64,000 nucleotides of DNA from Octopus sinensis (Eukaryota), in assembly GCF_006345805.1 (NCBI RefSeq), contig NC_043006.1:89466001-89530000 (forward strand), given 5' to 3'. The notes under the pieces were generated by a model, which worked only from the letters and a program-made list of their open reading frames with translations, did not search any database and was not told where the DNA came from. The position numbers and the translations under genes were made by a program. Each line of letters begins with the position of its first letter. Positions within the stretch are counted from its first letter, which is position 1. Positions 50,640 through 61,075 of this stretch are shown piece after piece.

Positions 50640-50835
50640 AGTGTTAGCATGCTGGGCAAAATGCTTAGCGGTATTTTGTCTGTCTTTATGTTCTGAGTTC
50701 ACATTCCACGAAGGTCAACTTTGCCTTTCATCCTTTTGGGGTTGATAAATTAAGTACCAGTTGTGTACTCGGGTTGATCTAATCGATTGGCCCCTCACCC
50801 AAAATTTTGGGCCTTGTGCCTAGAGTAGAAAAGAA
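50640..50835 (+). mobile_element. tRNA-SINE family B
   Basis: GTTAGCATGCTGGGCAAAATGCTTAGCGG...GTCAACTTTGCCTTTCATCC...GGCCTTGTGCCTAGAGTAGAAAAG. Confidence 0.85.
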
Positions 50836-51149
50836 TATTTTTAATGCTTACATTACTAATATAGAGTGAATACAAAAGTTGTTGGCTAGACTCATATGCA
50901 GAGAAATTGTCTTGCACGATAACAAAGTTTTATCTGGTGATGGATGAAATCAGTAGTAATGAAATAGACAGTCTCTGTAAGTTATCACCAAGAATTTCCA
51001 AGGCTAATCAATAATGGTGACCCACAACTAGTTTTTTATTATCTTTACCAAATGAAAAGGAAGTGATGTAAAGAGTAAATTCATACACGCGTCTGAAATC
51101 TCATGCTCTCTCTCTCTCTCCATAAATCCAACAGTTTCCAACATAAACT

Positions 51150-52235
51150 ACAAACCTACCTTGAACCTTTTAAACCATTCCCAAACACATTTATTGAAGC
51201 ACATAAAACAAAGACTGCTCATAAGGTAAACAACCACACACATAGCAAATTACTAACCAATAACATAACCAAAATATATAAGAAAACAAACCCCACCATT
51301 TATAATTTAATCAATGTTGAGGCAAAAAATTTCACTATAAAGCTACAAATCAATGACAGAATGACTCATTCCATGACATCCTTTTGTAAGATCATAAAGA
51401 CAATTTTACACAAAACCCTTACTGTAGATTGATAATTCCTACAAAAAGTGAAATAGGTAATCTATATTAACATCATATAACACATCAAAGCCTCCTCAAA
51501 TCTTACTCACTGGATATGTAGCAGTGCAACTATTAAATGGTTTAAGAAAATTGAAGAAAATCCCAAATGCAAATTTATCCAATTTGACATGATGGAGTTT
51601 TACCCTTCAATCTTGAAAACCTTGCTCCAAAAGGCACTTGAGTTTAGTAAAGCATATGTTACCATAACTAATACTGGTATAGATATAAATATGAATGCAA
51701 GGAAGTCATTAATTTTCATGATAATCCCTACTAGGTAAAAAAGAATAGGGATGAACTATTTGATGTCTTGATGGAGAGCTATGATGGTGCAGAAATAATA
51801 GGTCTAGATATCCTTAAAAAGGGAATAAAAGCTGACATAGGATTATATAGGGACAATGACTTAGGAGTGATGCAGATCAAAAATGGACACGATATGAGTA
51901 GGATATGGAAAAAATTAAGGAGAATATATTTTTCTTTCTCTAGTTTCAGCTCAGAGCTGTGGCCATGCTGATGCCCCGCTGTTAAGGATATTTACGCAAC
52001 TAAATCTAAGAACCACAATACTAATCTTAAAGAAGTCAATTTCTTAGGTGTTAACAAAAACCTTAGTACAAACAAATTTAAACCATACCACAAACCAAAT
52101 GAGGATACCTCATACATTGACATAAATTCCAACCACCCACTGTCAATCATAAAACAATTAGGTAATGACATTAGCAAGCACATTTCTAATCTATCCTCTG
52201 ATAAAATCACTATAACACTGCATTAGAAAGGACCA
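51150..52235 (+). pseudogene. Penelope-like (Nematis-type) reverse transcriptase remnant
   Basis: KFIQFDMMEFYPSI, FDVLMESYDGAEI, IGLYRDNDLG, VNFLGV, KPYHKPN..YIDINSNHP..IIKQL motifs with stops and frameshifts. Confidence 0.85.
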
Positions 52236-52744
52236 TGATCGAATGCCATGCATCCACTTCCAAGTAAGTTTTATCTTAATAATTATGATGCGCACTCTTA
52301 ACTTTACTTTTCTTCTTCTGTCTGTCTCTCTCACTCTCTGCACCTATGAATTTTTCCTTTTTTTTCTTTTTTCTTTTATTTTTATTTGTCCTTTTGCTCT
52401 ATACAACTTGTTGATCTTGTTACAGTCAACCATTGTTCTTGTTTCAAGGCTGTACAAGACAGCCATCAGCAGTTCCGTAAGCACTGTTATGATATAATTT
52501 TATGCACAGTTAAGCAGATGTCATTAAACTCTTTGATAAAGTCACAGAATGACATTTCTCATGGCACCAACAAACAAAACAGAAAAGGCGTTGCCTCAGA
52601 GGATGGATAGGGAGATGTGCTCAAACAGCCATTCTCACTCATAGGGCTTGCCCTTGCAGACAGCAATCTCCACTCTGATAGCAGGGAACAGGGATATGGT
52701 CCGGGGATGGGGGGGGGGAAAGAATGTTGGGGGTCTCAAATGTC

Positions 52745-53240
52745 ACAAGCTTAGCCATAAATTGTTGGTGAGTGATCAATATCTTGACAGTTTGTTTTTC
52801 TCAGCCTGATAAACAATGGAGGCTGGGATGGTGGTTGACAACACCAAGTTGCCTCTGGAAATGTTACAATATGTGGCATCCCAGGTGAGGTGCCTACTAC
52901 CAAAGAATTTGAAAATTGTAATACTGTCCAACCTTTTACCATCCCCTCGGTCTAACTCCACTGGCTCAAGCTGGGCAGGGAATCCTGTGATGTCAAAGCT
53001 CTGCTTTAGGATCTTGTTAAGGTAGGATAGCAGGGAAGACAGCCAGCACTATGATGGCAGGGCAGTGGGTAGGGGCTGAAAGAATCCACAGAGGATCTGC
53101 AGTGGCATTTATGAGGCTCATGGATCTGGAGACCACACCATAGGGAAAGGCCAATACAAAGGTAGTCACTATCCCTGAAGAAAAGGAAAATCTGTTTTGA
53201 TAGGTAACCTGAATGAAGCAAAGTTAAGGGACTCACTCAC
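52745..53240 (-). mobile_element. CRE-like non-LTR retrotransposon remnant (zinc knuckle plus RLE)
   Basis: EPHKCHC.SSVD....PL.C..SAG, LEPVELDRGDGKRLDSITI, LTWDAT, QAEKNKLSRY resemble the CRE-clade C-terminus. Confidence 0.7.
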
Positions 53241-54319
53241 TCAGGAACACAACATTTGTCATAAGTAATCCAGCATCTTAATCTTCCTGTCATTTGAGTT
53301 TGATAATTAGAATCACTGCCAGCAACTAAAGAGTATTGGGCAATAAGAACAGAATAACAAACAGCAATTCTAAGACAACAGTAAGCAAAATAAAAAGCAA
53401 TTCTAGGACAACAGCTAGCAAGTACAGGATGACAGCAAGCAACTATTGGGCAATACAAAGCATGTATATGATAACAATAAGCAAATGAAGGCTACCAGAA
53501 AGCAACTACCAGACAAATAGACTTTTTTGAAGTGAGGTAGGTGAGGTGCTGTAGTGCAACAGAGACAGGAAATTTAAGAAAAAAGAAGGAAGCTGTAGAG
53601 GGTGTATGAGAAGAAAAATGTTAAATCAGTCAATATAATTTTTAAGAACAGTATAATAAGCGATTCTATAGAAGTTAGAAAGCAAAATGTTAGCCATATA
53701 TAGATGTATGGCTAATTTTTTTCCTTTTTTATGCAATACACACACACACATGGTGAGACAGAGACATAGACAGAGAAAAAAGAAATTAGTGGAGAAGTCT
53801 AAAAGAAAGAAATCATTATTGAATAATCTCCTAAATACAATTGAGTTATATGTTCCAAAGAAAACTTTGCATATTTTTCCATTGCAAGTAAGTGGATCTA
53901 GCAAAGATTGCACAGATAGAAGAGAATTAATTGCCATTCACAACTAATCTCTTCTATATTGACTTTACTTAGTATGAAGAAAGAATGCAGTCAATTATAT
54001 AACTATTTAATCACTTTTTCCTGTAAAAGAACCAGTAGACTTTATAACATTTCACATTGATATTGAGGTTGGAATTCTAATATAGATTGTGTTTTTATTT
54101 TTTTTCTATTTTGTGTTCTAAGTAGGATCAAAAGATCTATATTTGATGAAGTGTGAGGAAACAGGAAATGAGAGGTTGTGGCATTCATGCCCTTTCCAGA
54201 CAAGCAGCTTTCTGAAGAAGCATGCACATGCAGAACTCACTGAGTCATGGCTAAAGGCTTCGGGTGATTAAAGGAAGTATGCTTTGCTAATTGTGCATAG
54301 AAAGGTCGATGCTAAAATG

Positions 54320-54695
54320 ATGATGTGTGGCAAGAAGTTTGCTTCCCATCTGCATGGTTTCAGATTCAGCCTCACTGGGTGGCACCTTGGGTGTCTTCTA
54401 CTATAAACAGAGACTAACCAAAGCTTTGTAAGTGAATTTGGTCGATGGAAAGTGAAAGAAACCCATTGTGTATATATATGTGTGTGGGGGGGTGTATGTA
54501 TGTGTGTGTCTTTGTGTCTAGGTCTGTCCCCCACCACCAACACTTGACAACTGGTGTTGGTGTGTTTATGTCCCTGTAACATAGCAGTTCAGTAGGTGAG
54601 ATTGATAAAATAAGCACCAGTCTTTAAAAAATAACTTCTGGGGCCAGTTCATTCAAGTAAAAATCTTCAAGGCTCCACCATGGTCACAGTCTGTA
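54320..54695 (+). mobile_element. tRNA-SINE family A, old copy
   Basis: Homologous throughout to 57177-57554. Confidence 0.8.
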
Positions 54696-54704
54696 TCAGC
54701 CTTT

Positions 54705-54786
54705 TTTTACCAAACCGCTAAGTTACAGGGATGTTGTCAAGCAATGTTGGTGGGGGGACAAATACAGACACACACACCCAAAATAT

Positions 54787-54820
<34 letters not shown>

Positions 54821-54930
54821 ATATATATATATATATACGATGAGCTTCTTTCAGTTTCTGTCTGCCAAATCCACTCACAAAGCTTTGGTCAGCTCGTGGC
54901 TGTAGTAGAAGACACTTGCCCAAGGTGCCA
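54705..54930 (-). mobile_element. tRNA-SINE family A fragment
   Basis: Reverse complement of the family A core (AAATCCACTCACAAAGCTTTGGTC...GACACTTGCCCAAGGTGCCA). Confidence 0.8.
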
Positions 54931-55221
54931 AATTTTTGGGTACTATTTATTTTCCATTACATGTGTTTCATTTTCTATTAGGAATCACAAAGCTTCATTG
55001 TGATGCCTATTAGAAAATGAAACACATGTAATGGAGAATAAATAATACCAACGTTTTCCCATTTTCTTTATTCAACAACTCTGCAAATAATATTTCCATA
55101 ATCTCAATTTCAATATGTGCTTTGATTTACATACAACAATAATAATGGATACATATTGATTGTAATAATGGAGTAAGCAGATGTATTTTGAGAGAAAACA
55201 GCTGGGATTTACCCTAAACAC

Positions 55222-55550
55222 CTATGGCTCAGTGGTTAGAATTTTGGACTCACAATCAAGAGGTAGTGAGTTTGATTCCTGAATCAAGCTGTGTGTTGGC
55301 TTCTTGAGCAAGACATATTACTTTTCATGTTGCTCCAGTTCATTCAGCTGTAGCAGTGAGCTGTAACCAAGCTGAAGTGGACTTTACCTTCCCTTAGATA
55401 ACATTGGTGGTTTGGAGAGGAGAGGCTGGTAGTACGGACAACTGCTGGTCTTCCATAAAAACCTTGCCTGGACTTGTGCCTTGGATGGAAACTTTCTAAG
55501 TACAATTCCATGGTCATTCATGACCGAAGAGGCTCTTTCCCTTTTACCAT
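55222..55550 (+). mobile_element. tRNA-derived SINE (further family)
   Basis: TGGCTCAGTGGTTAGA A box, GTTTGATTCC B box, CTTGAGCAAGACA core. Confidence 0.7.
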
Positions 55551-57176
55551 GGCACTGGCTGGGACATTTTTCCCCAGGGAAATTTCTCAAAGAAATTTGC
55601 ATGTTAAAAAAAAATTGTCATTATTCCACAAAAATCTCATTTTTCTGCACAGAAGTATAAATGTACTATAGTGTAGGTGAAAATATTAACAAAAAAAATT
55701 TTTTAATACTCTAAACAAAAAATGAAAAGCTTTGCAATGAACTAACACGTGGCTCATAAGCATGTCAAAATTTTAAAAAGTATAGTGAAGAAAAATGGTG
55801 TCTTACACATGGTACACAAACATTCTGTCTGTCTGTGTGTGTGTGTGTGTTTTGTGTGTAATGGTTTTTAGTTCCTGCCTTTTTTTTATTGAAGCTGCTG
55901 CATGAATATGCTTACAGTACATGTATTTGTTTTTTCTCATTTTTTTTTTCTTTTCTTTGTGTTCTTCCTCTGTGAAGTCTACACTCAAAAGCTAAAGAAT
56001 AACAGAAATGGAAAAGGAAGAACTCACAAAGTAAAAACCTTTTGGCATTAGATAAGACTGCAAAATCTCAATATGGAATCATTTAGGTATTGTTTTACAT
56101 TTCCAATAACTATATAAATATATAAATAAAATAAAAATGGAACAGCTGAAACATTCCACACAAATTGTCATTAAACGTAGATGATGATGAGAGAGAGAGA
56201 GTCTAGGTTATTTAGTGCAAAGAAATATTATTTCCAAATATAGCACAACAGCCCATTTGTATAAGAAATTTCTTTGTTTTTTCTCTTACTCTTCTGATAA
56301 AAATCAAACTTTGAAATATGAAGTTTGGAAGATCCAAAAGATAAAACGAATATGGTAGAAAATATATAAAATGTTTAATTTGTAAAAAACAAAGTATTTA
56401 TTTATAATCTTCTGAAAGAACACTGCTAAAAGTAAAAATGTTGATTTGATGAATAGAGAAATTATTTTAAAAGTAAAATAAAAAATAAAACTGTAAACTA
56501 TTTAAATCATATTTTGAAATATAAAAGTGCATCAGATTCTTCTTGAATAATCTAAGAAAAAATAAGGAAAAAAAAATCCAAGACTTCAAATAAAGGATAG
56601 AAAGTGGGAGCCATTGAAGTCATATCTCTTTAGTTGTGTCACTAATGTTCTCATGAAAGGCATCAATGCCACATAATCTCATTAATTCTTGTCTATAAAT
56701 ATCTTGCATGGAGCAAGTCTTTCTACTTTTCAAGACAGCCTACTATTTTCTTTTAATTTAATGTGGGCTACTTTCTAATTTAAAATTTCTAATTGTCAGC
56801 AAAGGAAATCTTTTCTGATACAACCTGCAACTTTACAAGCATTTACTGAAATTGATCTGGCAAGCTGAGTGTCCCTTACAAGTTTCATTTACATCACCCA
56901 CTTGTCCACCCAACCTACTCCTCCACCTTTTATTATCCTTGTTCTATCTAACATCCCCTCCTCCCTGGCTTTGCCTTAACTATTATTCCTTATCCTTCCT
57001 CCCCAAAATATCAGCTCTCAGGAATCCTCTTCTTGTTCATGTCTTTGATCTGTAACAATTTCAATGAATGGCTTTAACTCACGGGCCTCAGAGGGTAAGC
57101 AGAGACCATGCACACTGCCCCTACCTCCAGATTTATCAAGGGAAAAAAAAATTATAAATAAATTATAATAGGCACT

Positions 57177-57554
57177 GGAGTGGCTGTGTGGTAAGTAGCT
57201 CATTTACCAACCACATGGTTCTGGGTTCATTCCTACTGCATGGCACCTTGGGCAAATGTCTTCTATTATAGCCTTGGGCCAACCAAAGCCTTGTGAGTGG
57301 ATTTGGTAGATGGAAACTGAAAGAAGCCCGTCGTATATATGTATGTGTGTGTATGTTTGTGTGTCTGTGCTTGTCCCCCCAACATCACTTGACAACCGAT
57401 GCTGGTGTGTTTGCATCCCTGTAACTTAGCGGTTTGGCAAAAGAGACCGATAGAATATGTACTAGGCTTACAAAGAAAAAGTCCTGGGGTCGATTTGCTC
57501 GACTAAAGATGGTGCTCCAGCATGGCCGCAGTCAAATGACTGAAACAAGTAAAA
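57177..57554 (+). mobile_element. Full-length tRNA-SINE family A (CR1-type tail)
   Basis: Near-collinear with 12408-12782; tail GGTGCTCCAGCATGGCCGCAGTCAAATGACTGAAACAAGTAAAAG. Confidence 0.9.
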
Positions 57555-60262
57555 GCGTATATGAGGAGTTGTACCTGTCTAAAAAAGGCTCCTGAAGAAG
57601 TAATATGCATCCTTCAGTTTAAAAAATATGAGAATAAGATTTGGAAGTTGGTATATTTATTTTCAGGTTGAGAGCCATGATTTGGCATAAATTAATGATG
57701 GCAATGACATGGTAGATACTACACAACAAACCATATTATTCTTCTTATAACAACCTAAGACATAGTCTATGAAACAACTGCAGCTGTAGTGCACCTGCAG
57801 TTACAATGGTTATTTCTGCGGGGGAAAAAATAACATTGGAGTGTTCTTATTAAATTGTATATAAATTTAAAATTACATTTACTTGTCTCTGTCACTCTTT
57901 CTACATAACTAATAATTAAAAAAAAAAACTTCTTCCTAATGAAATGCAGCATACATCATAGAGCTTTCCTAACTTTCTCTTTGCCAAAATATTTTCTTTT
58001 TTCTTTCTTTCCTTAATGAAATGATATAGTACAATTGATAAAGCCTTAGTTGTTTTGTACTGAAGAGAATCGCAATAGCAGTTATACAATGAATATTAAA
58101 GGACTTTATAGTTGAAACAAAGAAGAAGAGAAAATTAAATAAAATAAATGCATCCAAATTATATGATATACTACTTTCCATCAAACTTAAATTTGCTCCA
58201 GAAAAAAAAATAAGAAAGAAAGAACAGTTAGTTGTGGCATGATGTCTTTCCCTTAACAACCAATGAACCGATACAATTATTTTTTTGTAATATAATTATA
58301 AGTGTTATTCTCCTGTGCCTCATTGCAAGGAAATACCATCTGTTAATTTTCTACAGGCTTTCCTTTAATGAGAGATAGGCTTCTTAGAGTGAAAAACAGA
58401 TTTCTATGCTACAGGTTTTTACCACATCATGTGAGAGATATCAATCATTTCAAATAGACAACAATAAACAAAAGATTACACGAATCTACTTAATATTTTT
58501 TATGGGTTAATAATCGTTTTGAAACAGTATTATCGAGAAAGGAAAAAACATAAGCCTGAAGCATAGCATTATAAATGCAACAATAAAAAATCATTTTTTT
58601 TTTTTTTGTTATCACCGAGACAGAGAGAAATACTTAAAGTAATCAAGTAATCAAACCACGAAATTCTGAAATATACAGAAATGGTAGAAGCCAGATTGAA
58701 AACTGGCAATAAATAAATAAAACAAGAAATAAAAAGATGAAGAAAAACAGGAAAATGAAACAAATAAAAATAATGAAAATTAAAGTCCACAGTAAAGAAA
58801 GTATTGTTAAGAAATCTGAAAAGAATACAGCTTCAATAGAAAGAGGAAAGGAAAAGGTAGAAAGGTAAAACAAGAGCAATGCAGCTTGAAAAAGATGTTT
58901 GGAAGATAATAAAAGTTCCACTTCATAGTAATTTGTGTTGCACTTAGATATTAGCTCAGTAAGTCAAAAGTACTGAGCTAAAAATCTGAGATTGTTTTTC
59001 TCTACAGAACTCTATCTGACCAAATGAGACTGAATGAAAAAAAAAAAAGTCTGGTTAAAAGATATTTTCTAGTTATATTTTACGGTTGGAGGAATCACAT
59101 AAACCAGAACTCTTTTCGTGATAGGGCATCTTCAAATCAATATATTGGGTAGAGTGAATATTTCAATCAGTTTAACACCACTGATTGGCCTGTGGGTACC
59201 CTAAGTGGAACCCAACTCAGTTGCAAGCATTCAAGCAAGGTCTCTGGTTTGAGAAGACCTTCTTCCTTCCATCATTCCCACCAGTCTTGGAGATCCTTTA
59301 CGGAATCCTAAGCTCTACCCTCTCTCCAGACTAAATGAAGAATCTTCACAAGCAAACTTATCAAAAATGAACAAATTTAACTCTTTTCAATACCAATCCA
59401 CTTGAAACTACTTTTAGTTCATTTTAAAGTTTTGCACTCGCATTAATTCTTCCTATCATATTTTAGTGTTAGAATCTCTTTGTTAAATTATGTTCCAAAT
59501 AGTAACTTATTAATTACAAAATATTTATGTAGGTACTGATGTACTGAATGACAGATGCAAACAATTCTCAATGAATTCAAACTTGCTTCCTACTTGGAGA
59601 ATGGAAAACAAAATCTAGCTGCAATTCTTAGTGACTTTCCAAAGTAAAATAAAAAAAGAAGGTATTTTCAAGAAATAAGAACTAATTTCAATGAAAATTT
59701 AATTTTTATGCTTAATTGAGAAAATAACATGTTAGTTATTTAACTAATTTCTTGATTTTCTCAACATAAATAAATAAAAAACCCTAGACATTGTATTTCA
59801 TTTGAAATATAGCACAATTACTGTAGCACAGTGGTTTTTAACAGGAGTGTAGCTCCCTTAAAAGTATTATGAGCTCACAGGGAGCATTATGTGCTTGGTG
59901 TTTTGAGGAAAGGAATCATGATTTTCTTAGAAATAAAATATTTAAAGGAAATGTAACATTTCTATTTTAAGCATATTAAGAAAATCTTTACCAAGATTAA
60001 AACCCAAATCAAAATGTTATCAGTGAGCAGAAGCATTACTAATGGTCCAGAAAGATTTCATTACATAAGGCCTTGCGAGTCTTCAAAATTTACCATAGTC
60101 ACATTAATATCTAAAAAGTGACACAAATTGGATGGGTTAATAGTAAACTCTAATGGGATAATATACCCTAATGCAAAACCAGTTTCTGTTGGATAAGGGT
60201 AATCTACTGATTAAGATAATCTACTGTGTTTATTGTTTTACTTTTGGAAATTCTGTGACAGG

Positions 60263-61056
60263 GGATCTTTTCCTTTTGAACGGCACTTTTCAACACAATT
60301 TCTAGTTAACTAAACACTTTTAAACTTCGTATACTGGTAGAATGTGTTTATAAAACATCATTTTTTCTTGGCTTTATTGAGAAAATTCTATATGTTGTAA
60401 CATATTTTGTCTTCAATTTTGAGCATTTTGGCAATTTTAACCAATCACTGACCTCCATTTACGTAAATAACATTCTGTGCATTCTGTCCCTCCTTTAAGA
60501 AACAGATTGGGTTTATTTACATTTGTCAAGAAAAAAGATACCTTTCCCCCACCCCTAACCCTAAATCTAAAATAGATTGAAATGCAATAGATTGATACTA
60601 GGGTTACAAATATGGGTGACAATTTCATACGACACTGCTACTGAAAATGGGATTTTTTTTCTAGCGGTGTCAAATGAAAATGTCACCCATAATTATGGCC
60701 CTAGTATCGATCTATTGCATTTCAATCTATTTTAGAGTTAGGGTTAGTTAGGGTTAGGGGTTGAGGAAGGGTATCTTTTTTTCTTCACAAATGTAAATAA
60801 ACCCAATCTGTTTCTTAAAGGGGGGACATATTCATTATGCACAGAATGTTATTTACCTAAATGGAGGTCAGCGATTGGTTAAAATTGCCGAAATGCTCGA
60901 AATTAAAGACGAAATATGTTACAACATATAGAATTTTCTCAATAAAGCCAAGAGAAAATGATGTTTTATAAACACATTCTACCAGTATACGAAGTTTAAA
61001 ACTTTTTAGTTACCTAGAAATTATGTTACAAAGTGCTGTTCAAAATGAAAAGATCC
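60263..61056. mobile_element. Foldback MITE, long TIRs (about 370 bp), 8-bp TSD
   Basis: GGATCTTTT...AAAAGATCC termini, arms complementary over most of their length, TSD GTGACAGG (60255-60262, 61057-61064). Confidence 0.92.
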
Positions 61057-61075
61057 GTGACAGGAATATTTGTAA

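Noticed and set aside
58951-58981. 11-bp-stem hairpin resembling a terminator
   Set aside because: Eukaryotic context and short; no supporting features.
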